A model generated the notes under the pieces. The model was not told the DNA's origin. It did not search any database and saw nothing but the letters and a program-made list of their open reading frames with translations. Positions 31,270 to 42,127 of a stretch of DNA of 64,000 nucleotides are shown in pieces. Source of the stretch: Candidatus Eiseniibacteriota bacterium (GTDB taxonomy: Bacteria; Eisenbacteria; RBG-16-71-46; CAVPCR01); assembly GCA_963702435.1 (NCBI GenBank), contig CAVPCR010000005.1, forward strand, positions 256,001 through 320,000. The letters run 5' to 3'. Both the position numbers and the translations under genes were made by a program. How positions within the stretch are numbered: position 1 is the first letter of the stretch; each line of letters begins with the position of its first letter.

Positions 31270-31914
31270 ATGTCCCGCATCACTTCCCGCATCCACATTG
31301 CTGCCGCCGTCTCCGTGCTCGTCACGCTGGCCGGCTCGGCCGGCGCCGGCCCGCAGCAGCCCGCGACTGCCGCCGAGCTCGCGATCGGAGCCGAGGCCCC
31401 CATCTTCAAGCTCAAGGGCGCCGACGGCGCCATGCACGCGCTCACCGACTTCAAGGACGCCAGGGCGGTGGTCATCGTCTTCACCTGCCTCAGCTGCCCG
31501 TTCGCCCGCGCCTACGAGGAGCGCACGATCGCATTGGCCAAGGACTATGCCGACCGCGGGGTGCGGGTCGTGGCCATCATGCCGAACGATCCGCGGATCG
31601 TACCGGCCGATGCACCCGACAAGCTCAAGGCGCGCGCGGAGGAGATGAAGTACCCCTTCCCGTATCTGATCGACGAGACCCAGGCGGTGGCCACGGCGTT
31701 CGGCGCCAAGGTGACGCCGCACGTGTTCCTGTTCGGTCCCGACCGGAAGCTCGCCTATCGCGGGCGCATCGACGACGATACCGACCCGACCAAGGTCACC
31801 ACGCACGACCTGCGCAAGGCGCTCGATCAGATCCTGGCCGGGAAGCCGGTCGCGATCGCTTCGACCAAGGCCTTCGGGTGCACCATCAAATGGAAGAAGG
31901 ACGAGGCAAGCTGA
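31270..31914 (+). CDS. exported thioredoxin/AhpC-TSA family protein
   Basis: Signal peptide, FTCLSCPF, FPYLIDETQ, YRGRIDD, GCTIKW. Confidence 0.9.
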   Translation: MSRITSRIHIAAAVSVLVTLAGSAGAGPQQPATAAELAIGAEAPIFKLKGADGAMHALTDFKDARAVVIVFTCLSCPFARAYEERTIALAKDYADRGVRVVAIMPNDPRIVPADAPDKLKARAEEMKYPFPYLIDETQAVATAFGAKVTPHVFLFGPDRKLAYRGRIDDDTDPTKVTTHDLRKALDQILAGKPVAIASTKAFGCTIKWKKDEAS

Positions 31915-32462
31915 GCCAATCGCGGGCACGATGCGCCAGACCGCTCGTCGCGAGGATCGCGCTCGCGCTCATCCTCGCCGCCGGCCTCTCCTGCAATCGG
32001 CGCGACGAGACTGTGACACCCCGCACGCCCGTGCTGGCGGCCGGCGATCTCGCTGCGGTCAAGGCGCATCTCGCCGGCGGCGGCGGCCTCCGCGTCGTCA
32101 ACTTCTGGGCGATGTGGTGCCAGCCGTGCGTCACCGAGCTGCCCGAGCTGGTCGCCCTGGACGCTGCGGTCCGCCCGCGCGGCGTCCGGGTGATCGGCGT
32201 CTCGTTCGACCTCGCGGTCCCCGGCGATCGCGCCCACATCGAAGCGCGGCTCCGCGACTTTCTGCGCCAGCGAGGTATTTTCTATCAGAACGTGCTCTTC
32301 ACCGGCAACATCTCGAGTCTCCTCGACGCGTTCGACCTGCCCGGCTCGATCCCTTACACGATGATCGTCGCCGACGACGGCACGGTCCTCTGGCGGCACG
32401 AGGGAACGACCACCCGCGAGCGCATCGAGGCGGAGCTGGCGGGCCTGGAGACATCAAGATGA
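31890..32462 (+). CDS. TlpA-family thiol-disulfide oxidoreductase lipoprotein
   Basis: Lipobox GLSC, VNFWAMWCQPC, SIPYT; start approximate. Confidence 0.85.
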   Translation: MEEGRGKLSQSRARCARPLVARIALALILAAGLSCNRRDETVTPRTPVLAAGDLAAVKAHLAGGGGLRVVNFWAMWCQPCVTELPELVALDAAVRPRGVRVIGVSFDLAVPGDRAHIEARLRDFLRQRGIFYQNVLFTGNISSLLDAFDLPGSIPYTMIVADDGTVLWRHEGTTTRERIEAELAGLETSR

Positions 32463-32854
32463 CGGAGCGGGCGGACGCAGGCGGCACCGGGCGGCCGGAG
32501 CCGGGCGCGGAGGACGCGGAGCGCGCGGAGGGCCCCCTCCAACTCGCGACCGACTCGATCCCCTGGCGCCCGTTTCCGGATGCGCCGCTCGTCGAGTACA
32601 AGGTGCTCCGGCGGCACCCGACTGCGGGCGGGCTCACGCTCCTCCTCCGCTTCACGCCCGGGGCCGTCTATCACGCCCATCGCCACCCGGGCGGCGAGGA
32701 GTACCTGGTACTGACCGGCTCGCTCGAGGATGGCGGGCGCACCTATCACGCCGGCGACTACGTCTACTATCCACCGGGATCGGCGCATCGGCCGGCGAGC
32801 CTCGGGGGCGCGACGCTCCTCGTCCTCCTCCCGGCCGCCATCGAGCGCGGGTGA
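32459..32854 (+). CDS. cupin domain protein (ChrR-like)
   Basis: HRHPGGEEYLVLTG, PPGSAH. Confidence 0.85.
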   Translation: MTERADAGGTGRPEPGAEDAERAEGPLQLATDSIPWRPFPDAPLVEYKVLRRHPTAGGLTLLLRFTPGAVYHAHRHPGGEEYLVLTGSLEDGGRTYHAGDYVYYPPGSAHRPASLGGATLLVLLPAAIERG

Positions 32855-32927
32855 GAGTCGCCGCGTCTATCCATCCGGCTGATTCTGCCGCACCCGCCGA
32901 TTCTGCCGAGACCACCGAGGTGCCATC

Positions 32928-33764
32928 GTGAGCATCCAGCCGTCCGACCGTACGCTCATCCATCGCATCCCGATCGAGAACGTAGAGCTGGTCGTCGAGG
33001 AGCAGCCGGGCGCCGGCGCGCCCGTCGTCCTCCTCCATGGCTTCCCCTTCGACCGCCGCATGTGGCAGGCGCAGCGTTCGGCGCTTGCCACGCACCGGCT
33101 CCTTCTTCCCGATCTCCGTGGCCACGGCGAGAGCGAGGCCTCACCGCCACCCTACTCGATCAAGTCGCTCGCGGAGGACCTGCGCCGCGAGCTGGACCAC
33201 CTGGGGCTCGACCGCATCGCGCTCGGCGGCCTCTCCATGGGCGGTTACGTGGCCCTCGCCTTCGCCGCGCGCTATCCGGAGCGGCTGCACGCCCTCCTCC
33301 TCCTCGACACGCATCCGAAGGCCGACCCGCCCGAGGTCCGGCGCGCCCGCGCCGATCAGGCGGCGCGAGTTCGCAAATCAGGACCGGAAGCCGTGATTGA
33401 CGAACTCATGAACCGCCTCGTCGGTGAGCGCGACGTCGATCCCGAGGTCGTCGCGCTCACCCGCGAGATGATCCTGGGCACGTCGCGCGACGGCATGGTC
33501 GGCGCGCTCGAGGGCATGGCGTCGCGCCCCGATTCGACGCCGGGTCTCGCCGCGATCTCCTGTCCCACCCTGGTCGTCGTCGGCAGCGACGATACGATCG
33601 CGCCGCCGGCGATGGCGCGGGAGATGGCAGCCGCCATCCCGCACGCCGAGCTCGTCGAGATCCCCGGCGCCGGGCACCTCTCACCCCTCGAGCACCCGCC
33701 TCTCGTCAACGCGGGGCTCGTCCGGTTCCTCGCCCGGGCCACGGCCCGGCGCGGGCCCGCGTAG
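32928..33764 (+). CDS. alpha/beta fold hydrolase
   Basis: LHGFP, DLRGHG, GLSMGG, GSDD, AGHLS. Confidence 0.92.
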   Translation: MSIQPSDRTLIHRIPIENVELVVEEQPGAGAPVVLLHGFPFDRRMWQAQRSALATHRLLLPDLRGHGESEASPPPYSIKSLAEDLRRELDHLGLDRIALGGLSMGGYVALAFAARYPERLHALLLLDTHPKADPPEVRRARADQAARVRKSGPEAVIDELMNRLVGERDVDPEVVALTREMILGTSRDGMVGALEGMASRPDSTPGLAAISCPTLVVVGSDDTIAPPAMAREMAAAIPHAELVEIPGAGHLSPLEHPPLVNAGLVRFLARATARRGPA

Positions 33765-33910
33765 CGCCGGCCGGCAGAGCCCCGGCAGATATGACACCGG
33801 CCGGCAGGGCCCCGGCGGACATGACCGGCCGCCAGGGCGCCGGCGGACATGACACCGGCCGGCGCACCGCCTCCTGGCATGGCCGGCGGATGGGGCGTAG
33901 GATGCCGGGC

Positions 33911-34861
33911 ATGACCGGCGTGCGATCCGATCCACTCGCGGTTCCGACCGGGCGCCCCGCCCGCCCGCGCAACTCGCCCGACCCCGCGCTCCCGCCCCGC
34001 TCGGATCGCGAGATCACGCGCCTTCTCTCCGTCATCCTCGTGCTCAACGTCGCGGTGGCGGTGGCCAAGCTCATCTACGGCGTCGTGAGCGGGTCGGTCG
34101 CCATCCGCGCCGACGGCATCCACTCGCTCTTCGATGCGAGTTCGAACGTGGTCGGCCTCGTCGCCCTCTGGGTCGCGGCCCGCCCCCCCGATGCCGACCA
34201 TCCCTACGGACACCGGAAGGTCGAGAGCATCGCCGCGCTCCTGATCGGCCTCTCGGTGACGATCGGTCTCATCGAGGTCGCGCGCAGCATGGTGGGCGCG
34301 ATCCGCGGCCACTCCCATCCGCAGATCGACGCGCTCGGCTTCGTGGTCGCCGGCGGCACGCTCCTCGTCAACCTCGCGATCACGGCCTACGAAGGGCGGG
34401 CCGGGAAGCGGCTCCGGAGCGAGATCCTGATCGCCGACTCGCGGCACACTCTGGGGGACGTGTTCGCGACCCTCGGCGTTCTCGCCGGCTTCGTCGGCGT
34501 CAAGCTCGGCTACCCGGCCGCGGACCTGGCGGCGGCGGGCGTCGTCTGCGTCCTCATCGGACACACGGCCTACCAGGTCTTCCGGCAGTCCATCCACTCG
34601 CTGCTCGATCGCGCCGGGCTCGATCCGGCCGAGGTGATCCAGATCGCCACCTCGCACCCGGGCGTGGTCGACTGCCACGCCGTGCGGAGCAGGGCCGCCG
34701 GCGGCCATGTGCTCGTGGACATGCACATCCACGTCGATCCGCTGATGACGGTGGCCGCGGCGCACGACCTCGCGCACGAGGTCGAGGCCACGCTCCGCGC
34801 CCGTTTCCCGAGCGTGACCGACGTCGTCATCCACATCGAGCCGGCCGGCGCCGGCGACTGA
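33911..34861 (+). CDS. cation diffusion facilitator family transporter
   Basis: ADGIHSLFD, PPDADHPYGH, ADSRH..D, HIHVD, IHIEP. Confidence 0.93.
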   Translation: MTGVRSDPLAVPTGRPARPRNSPDPALPPRSDREITRLLSVILVLNVAVAVAKLIYGVVSGSVAIRADGIHSLFDASSNVVGLVALWVAARPPDADHPYGHRKVESIAALLIGLSVTIGLIEVARSMVGAIRGHSHPQIDALGFVVAGGTLLVNLAITAYEGRAGKRLRSEILIADSRHTLGDVFATLGVLAGFVGVKLGYPAADLAAAGVVCVLIGHTAYQVFRQSIHSLLDRAGLDPAEVIQIATSHPGVVDCHAVRSRAAGGHVLVDMHIHVDPLMTVAAAHDLAHEVEATLRARFPSVTDVVIHIEPAGAGD

Positions 34862-34874
34862 AGACTCCCCCGCC

Positions 34875-37800
34875 CTACCGCACGAGCGTCATCGTCCGGA
34901 CCTGCATGAAGTCGCCGGTCTCGAGACGGAGGTAGTAGATGCCCGAGGCGACGGCGTCGCCGGCCTCATTCCGGCCGTCCCAGGCGAGCGAGTGCTCCCC
35001 GGCCTCGACCGGACCGTCGACCAGCGTGCGCACGACGCGCCCGGAGACGCCGTAGATGCGGAGCGACGCGCGACCGCTCTCCGCCACGCTGTAGCGGATG
35101 GACGTCCGCGGGTTGAACGGATTCGGGCGGCACGGCTCGAGCCCGTTCTGACGCAGGACCTCGGGCGAGGCCACGGCTGCGGGGACGCGGATTCCGGTGA
35201 GGAGGAAGTCGTCCACCGCCGCCTCGACCAGCGATCCGGCGCCGTAGTCGGAGGCGACGAAGCGGAACTGCACGGTACTCGTGAGCGGGACCACGCTGTC
35301 GATCACGAAGCTCCGCTCGACCCATGCGTTGGTGCTCGCCGATCGTACTCTCGAGGCTCGTCCAGGTGGTGCCGTCGCTCGTGACCTCCACCGCCCAGGT
35401 ATCCTCGCCCGGCGCGTTGCCGCGGTCGTTCGTGTACCAGACCCAGTAGCGCACGGTGGCCGAGGAATACTCGTCGAGGTCGAAGACCGGCGAGAAGAGC
35501 GTGGTCTTCCCGCCGTCGACGTCGTTGTCGCCCGCGGCGCCGCCCACGGTCCCATTCCCGGTGACGAAGCAGACGACCCCGGGATCGGGCGTGTGATCGT
35601 CCTCCGGCTGCACGACGAGAGTGTTCTGCAAGGTGCCCACCGGATCGGCGCGCAGCCAGATCCCGGTCGTCGCGTCGTCGTCCGGCGCGCCCACCGTCCA
35701 GTCGCCGGCCGCCTCGAACTGGTCCTCCTCGACGACCGTGGTCGGCGCCACCCAGAAGGAGAAGGTCACACCCGGCGCGCCCGGCGGATCGACCGTCGCG
35801 TTCCCCAGGCCGTCGCGCGCGAGCACGTAGTAGGAGACGAGCGTCGTGTAGCGGCTGCCCGGGGATGCTCGCCAGGTAGTCATCGCCGCTCACCGGCGTC
35901 AGCGCGAAGCGCCGTGAACGCGCCGCCGTTCGTCGCGTAGTAGAGGGTCTTCTCGGCGAGACCCGAGTACTCGACGATGCGCACCGGGATCGGATAGGGG
36001 CCGATCTCGTTCGCGGTGTGGGGATGCGTGGTGGTCGTGATCGCCGGGCCGGCGATGTCGACGAGGGTGAAGTCGACCACGGTCGCCTCGCCCTCGACGA
36101 TGACGACGCTCTCGGTCGTGTCCGGGCGGAACCCCGGATGCGCCGCCACCACGTCGTACGTGCCCTGCGGGACGAAGCCCGAGTAGGTGCCGTCGGCGCC
36201 GGTGAAGAAGACCCGCCCGCTCCCGAGCACCGTCACCTGGGTGTTGGGGAGCGGCGCCGCGTTGAAGGAGTTGCGCGCAACGCCGCGCAGAGTCCCCATG
36301 TTGCTGTCGAGCACCGGAACGAAACGGATCGCGCGGCCGGTGGCGATGGGCGCCGCGCCGAGGGGATACCGATCGTAGTAGGTGTAGAGGACGCCGTCGG
36401 TCTGCGTCGGATCCTCGATCCCGACTGTCGCGTAGCCGTCGGTGGCGTCGCTGCTCACCGCGGCGTTGTACTGCATCTGGATGATGCCGTCACCGGTATC
36501 GGTCGGATGGTACGCGGGGTCGTAGAAGATGACCTCGAAGGTCTCGGTGGCGCCGTCGACGAGGTTCCGGAACCGGCTCCACTCGAGAATCCAGCGATGG
36601 TTGGCCGCGTCGTACTTCTGGAAGCAGCGCGACGAGCCAGCCTGCTGATAGAGTTCGTCCCAGAACACGGCGACCATGCCCGCAGGACCGCCGGCGCCCG
36701 GGATGGTCCAGTTGCGGTAGCTCGTGAGGTAGGTCTCGCCGAGCGACACCCAGCCGTTCGAGCAAACGGTCGCGCGGGTGTAGCTCTGCCCGTAGTAGCG
36801 GAAGAGGAACGGCAGGTCGATGATCCGCGACTTGTCCTGCTCGTCGCCGTTGTCGCCGAGCACGATCTCGGTGGCACCGCTCCCGCCGAAAGCCGGATCG
36901 AGCTCGATCCAGTTGTAAGTCGGCGCCTCGGGATACGACGTGTCCGTGTTGTCGAAGGCGTAGTAGCCGTAGCGATCCGGGCCGACCGGGTCGGTCGCCG
37001 CGCGCTGGCCGATGGTGAGCGCGACCGCGGTCGTGTCCACGACCCCGCCCGAGAAGTCGGTCACGAGCAGGAAGTTGGCGAGATAGCCGCCGTAGGTATT
37101 GACTGCCGCGGTGAGCGTGAAGCGGTCGCCCGCGTTGTTGCCGTTGCCGCCGGTCGCGATCGTGCCGAAGGTGCCGTCGGGATCGTCGATCGTGACGAAG
37201 TTGGTGAGCGAGATCAGCGTGCCCGACACGGCCGTGGCCGTCATCGTGCCCTTGTTGTTGAGGACGAGGCTCATCTCGACCGTCTCGCCGGGATCGAGGC
37301 GGCCGTTCACCGCGTTGTAGAGCGTGACGGTGCCGGCGGTGAAGGTGGCGGAGGCCACGGGTAGATCGATCACCGAGTGGTACTGGCCCTGCGCGGTCGT
37401 GACATCGAGACCGAAGCGGATCGAGTGCTGGTGCGGGCAATCGAGATCCACGAGGAAGTCGAAGTCCTCGGTCGTCGCGGCCAGGCCGCCCGGCGGTATG
37501 TTCGGGAAGGTCTCGCTGCCGTCGAGGATCGTGACGTAGGGATCGTCCGAGGTGAGCGCGGCGCTCACCCCGGTCGCGGTCGCCGTGCCCGTGTTCCGGA
37601 CCTGAACGCGGAGGCCGATCGCCTCACCCGGATTCACGATGCCGTCGTTCGAGCCGCTCGCGTCGTCGATCGTCGCCGACACGTACCCGACGTGCACGTT
37701 GGCCGTGCCCACGCTGATCGTGGCCAGATACGGCTGCATGTCGTGCTTGGTCACGGTGAGGAGCATGCTGCCGGATGTCGCCGCGTTGATCGGGAGCTCG

Positions 37801-39704
37801 ACCCGACCCAGCGCGTCGGTCGTGCCCACGGCGTAGGTCTCGGTCCCCTTGGACAGGCAGACGAGCGCGCCGGCGATCGGAAAGCCCTCCTGGAGGACGG
37901 TCACGGCGGCCGAGTTGGCACCGACCGCGAGCGTCGCCGGATGGTTCACCGTGACCGGCGCGGGGAATGCAGTCCACACATCCACCGCCGGATCGCCCAT
38001 GAGATTGGGCCAGTAGGCGTAGATCTCGGCCCACTGCGGCTGCACGGCGTTGTAATTGAGGTAATTCTCGAGCTTGCCGCGGGTGAGAGACGCGCCCATC
38101 GTGTTCAGCCGCTCCTCGATGAGCCCGTGCAGGGTGCCGAAGAAGAGGCAGTTGTTGTAGCGGGTGTGGGTGCCGAGGGTGGCGAGCCCGATGGCGCCGA
38201 TCGCGCCCTTCGGCTGGTCGACGCCGCTGTTGGCGCGCAGGAAACCCTCAGAGAGCGAGGTCCCGCCGGCGAAGGAACCGGTGCCGCAGGTGATGATGGG
38301 GGCGAATGGCATCCGCCACCCGTTGGTGAGCTGGTAGGTGTTGGCGTTCCCCCAGCCGCTCATGCCGACCCAGCCGCGATAAGCGATGATGGCGTCGCCG
38401 CGATTGAAGGCGGTCGCCATCTGGGTCACGAAGGAGCCGCTGAAGACGGTGTCCACCTGCGTGAAGCCGATATCGAGGAGGCGGGTCTTCATCCACTGCA
38501 TGCACTCGATCGTGCTGGGCCCGGAGCTCGCCGGGTCGCCGACCCCGCACGCGCGCGTGAACCAGGTCGGATCCTGGATGTAGGGCTGGCTCTCGTAGTT
38601 CACCGTCTTGTTGACGATGAGAAGCAGCTCGTTGAGCGTGCTGAAGGAGAGCCGGCCGATGTGGAGATCGGCCAGGATGTCGGTGCCGGAGACCGTCGCA
38701 TAGGGATGGTCGCCCTCGCCGCCGTAGCCGCTCAGGGTCTCGTACCAGGTGGGGATATCATAGGGCGCCTGGGCGTCACCGACGAGGACGACGTACTCCG
38801 GCGGCACCGGCCAGGAGTTGAAGGCGGTCTGGATGTAGCTCTTGATCTGGGCTGTGCTCGTTCCGGTCTGCGCCGTGGTGGCGACGACGGCAGGGCTCCC
38901 CTTCCGCTGGCGCCACGCGACGAGGTGCGCGAGACGATTGGTGACGGCCGTGTCGTTGGGGCAGATCGCAAGCCAGGTGCCGGGCGTGACCGTGGCGCCG
39001 AGCGCCTCGGCGCCCGGGTAGTTGACGATGAGGGCCCGGTAGAGCCGGTCGAAGCTCGGCGGGATCGTGCGGTGGCGGATGGCGAGGGCCGCGCCGCCGG
39101 CGATGGCCGCCCCGGCGCCGTCGGTGAACTCGACCGCCACCTCGATCTCGCGCGCGACCGCGAGCTCCTCGGTCGCCACGTCGTAGCGAACGGGGAGGAA
39201 GGTGAGCGCGACCACACGGAGGTCGCGAAAGATCATCGGCTCGCTCACGAGCACATCGACGGTGGGAGCGCCGGCGCCGGCGTACCTGGCCGCATCGAAG
39301 GTGGCTGCGCCGCCGTCGCTGCCCTCGCCGTCGGTGACCGGAGCCAACCGCATGCCGGTCATCGCCTCGCGCGCCACCGGCTCGGCGTGCACGCGAACGC
39401 CGACCCCCTCCGGCACCGCGAGGAAGCGTGTGAAGCTCGGCACCGCGGGCTCTCCGGCATCGCCATGCTGGCCGCCGCCCGGGATCGCGACCGACTTGAA
39501 TGCCCGCCCGGCGATCGTCACGTCCGTGATCTTGAGATCGGGCAAGGTGAAGCGGAGGGTCATGCCGCGGGCGTCCTGGCTTTCGACCTCGACGGTAGGT
39601 GGCAGGGGCGCGGCCTGGTTCGGGGCGGCCTGGAGCGTGGAGGTGAGCGAGAGTGCGGCAGCGAGGCTCAGGACAAGCCCGAAAGGGGCGACGCCACGAC
39701 GCAT
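34875..39704 (-). CDS. C25 (gingipain-like) peptidase multidomain protein with FlgD-Ig C-terminal domain, interrupted by three apparent +1 frameshifts
   Basis: Propeptide, YVVLVGD, DLHIGR, TCGTG, NLMGDP C25 motifs; reading continues across frame changes at ~35905, ~35850 and ~35340 to a PNPFNP...WDG...GIYY tail. Confidence 0.85.
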
Positions 39705-39892
39705 GGGTCCTCCGGTTGGATCGGCGGAAGGGGTATGGACTTGGGGCGGCCCGGGAACGAGTACTGGCGGCCAATGGATCTGGACGTAGTCTATTATCGC
39801 GCAAGGACTCGATTTGTGCACGGTCTCTCTTCTGGCCGCGGCCTGGGGTGCGGACGAACCCCGACGTGGCCGAGCGTCCCGATGCCGGCTCC

Positions 39893-42097
39893 CTAGTCGA
39901 CGCGGAGCAGCCGCCCGGCTGCGCGATACGTTCCGGCTTCCAGCCGGTACCAGTAGATGCCCGCGGGGACTCGATGCCCCCGGCGATCGCGCCCATCCCA
40001 GAATGCCCGGTGTTCCCCTCGGGATCTCGGCTCGCCGTCCGCGAGGACGCGGACGAGCCGTCCGGAAACGTCGTAGATGCCAAGGCGCACCCGCGCATCG
40101 ATCTGCAGTCGATATGGAATCGCCGTACTGGACGAGAAGGGGTTGGGGTAGCCGGGTCCGGTCCGTGCGACGGACGTCGCCGGCTCGCCGGCGCACAACC
40201 CGGTCAGAGCGCACTGTGGATGCGCAATGAGGAGGCCCAGCGAGCCCTGCGCCACCAGCACCCCGTATTCGGACAGGGCCACTTCCATCCCCTCCGCGCC
40301 GGGGAGGCTGCCCACGATGGATGGTGCGGCCGGATCCTCGAGGTTGACCACCTGGAGGCCGGAGAAGGAGCCGATCACATAGCCGACGTCTCCGGCGATG
40401 GCGACGGCGACGGCGACGGTCCGGCCCGGCAGCGGGATGGTGGCGACCAGAGAGGGCGATCGTGGATCCGCGATGTCCACGACCTGGAGACCGGCTGCAT
40501 CGGCGGCGACATAGGCGTGGTCGCCGGCCACGGCCACATCCAGCGCGTAGCCGGGCGTGTCGAGGCTACCCGCGATGGCGGGCGCCGCGGGGTTCGCAAT
40601 GTCCACCACCTGGAGCCCTGAAGTGCGGTCGGCGACGTAGGCATACGAGCCCTGGATGGCTGCGTTGTAACTGATGTCCGGCGTATCGGCATTGCCGACG
40701 AGCACGGGCGCCGCGGGGACGGAGATATCGATGATCGACAGCCCTTGAAAGCCGTCGGCAACATAGGCGAATCCGCCTGCGGTCACGACGCCGGCCGCCT
40801 GGCCGGGGGTGTCGAGGCTCCCCAGCGTGACCGGAGCCGCCGGATCGGAGACATCGATCGCATCGAGCGTCCCCGCTCCGCCCACGGCGACGTAGGCCAT
40901 GTTGCCGGCGAGAGCCACACCCTGAGCAGGCCCGGGAGTCTCCTTCGCACCAACCAGGTTCGGAAACGTCGGGTCCGTGATGTCAGCGATCTGGAGACCG
41001 GACTGGGAATCGGCAATGTAGGCGTGCACACCGTCCACCGCCACGTCCGCGGCATTGCCCGGCGTGTCGACGCTCCCGACGAGTGGAGGCGAGGCCGGGT
41101 TCGAGATGTCCACGACCAGGAGGCCGCTCCAGTGATCCGTGACGTAGGCGTGATCCCGAGCGAGGGCCAGCCCGCGCGCCCTGCCCATTGCGGCCACGCT
41201 GCCGATCAGCTCCGGCGCCGTCGGGTCCGAGACGTCGAACACGCGGAGACCGGGCGCGGCGGCCGAGTAGTCCGCGACGTAGGCGCGCGTCCCGGCGACG
41301 GCGATGGCGAGCGCTTCGCCGGGAGCGCCGTTAGCCCCGCGAATCACGGGGACGGCCGGGTTCGCAACGTCCACGACGAGGAGCCCGAACCCGCGCCCGG
41401 CCACGTAGGCGAGCGTGCCGGCGACCGCGACATCGATCGCTTCACCCTGCATCACGATGCCGCCCGCCACGATGGGGGCGCTTGGATTCGTGATGTCGAT
41501 GATTCTCAGTCCGGCGAGACCATCCGCGACGTAGGCATACCGGCCGGCGACGGCGACTCCGAACGCGGTCCCCCACGTGCGGACGAATCCCACCTCGGTC
41601 AGGGAGTCCGGATCGCTCACATCCACGACCCTGAGGCCAAAGAAGGCGTCGGCAACGTAGGCGAGCGATCCGGATAGCGCCACGTCGTGCGCCATCGACG
41701 GTGTGGCGAGACGGCCGCGGGTTTCCGGCGCGAAGGGATCGGTGATGTCCACGACGAGGAGCCCGGCACGGAGGTCCGCGAGATAGGCGAACGCTCCGGA
41801 CAGCGCGATGCCGAAGGGGGAGTCCGGCAGCACGAGTCCACCGACGAGGACCGGAGACCCGGGAGTCGAGATGTCAACGGTCAGGAGGTGATACGCGGAG
41901 CCAACGTACGCATAGGGGAACTCGATGGCGATGGAGTAGCCGGCGGCATCGGGGAACTCCCCTTCGGCATGCAGGAAGCTCGCGTAGTCGATGCAGCCCT
42001 GCGCGAGAGCGGGGGCCGACACCGCGGTTGCGAGGAGGAGGATTGCGCCCGCGACGGCGGCGAGACTCTGCGCGGAGAAGGTGCGCGAAGCGTGCAT
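39893..42097 (-). CDS. LVIVD-repeat beta-propeller protein with FlgD-Ig C-terminal domain
   Basis: About 13 repeats of AYVAD..GLxVVDIxxP; PNPF...YDVSGR...WDG tail; start 42097 or 42112. Confidence 0.9.
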   Translation of the reverse strand: MHASRTFSAQSLAAVAGAILLLATAVSAPALAQGCIDYASFLHAEGEFPDAAGYSIAIEFPYAYVGSAYHLLTVDISTPGSPVLVGGLVLPDSPFGIALSGAFAYLADLRAGLLVVDITDPFAPETRGRLATPSMAHDVALSGSLAYVADAFFGLRVVDVSDPDSLTEVGFVRTWGTAFGVAVAGRYAYVADGLAGLRIIDITNPSAPIVAGGIVMQGEAIDVAVAGTLAYVAGRGFGLLVVDVANPAVPVIRGANGAPGEALAIAVAGTRAYVADYSAAAPGLRVFDVSDPTAPELIGSVAAMGRARGLALARDHAYVTDHWSGLLVVDISNPASPPLVGSVDTPGNAADVAVDGVHAYIADSQSGLQIADITDPTFPNLVGAKETPGPAQGVALAGNMAYVAVGGAGTLDAIDVSDPAAPVTLGSLDTPGQAAGVVTAGGFAYVADGFQGLSIIDISVPAAPVLVGNADTPDISYNAAIQGSYAYVADRTSGLQVVDIANPAAPAIAGSLDTPGYALDVAVAGDHAYVAADAAGLQVVDIADPRSPSLVATIPLPGRTVAVAVAIAGDVGYVIGSFSGLQVVNLEDPAAPSIVGSLPGAEGMEVALSEYGVLVAQGSLGLLIAHPQCALTGLCAGEPATSVARTGPGYPNPFSSSTAIPYRLQIDARVRLGIYDVSGRLVRVLADGEPRSRGEHRAFWDGRDRRGHRVPAGIYWYRLEAGTYRAAGRLLRVD

Positions 42098-42127
42098 GGC
42101 CTGCTCGTACATGACCTGCTCTCCCGA

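Noticed and set aside
33770..33870. Short imperfect repeats CCGGC(A/G)GA(C/T)ATGAC as a regulatory array
   Set aside because: Only about three degenerate copies; similar local duplications (14873-14960, 25111-25150, 32880-32910, 48410-48490) are common in this GC-rich window
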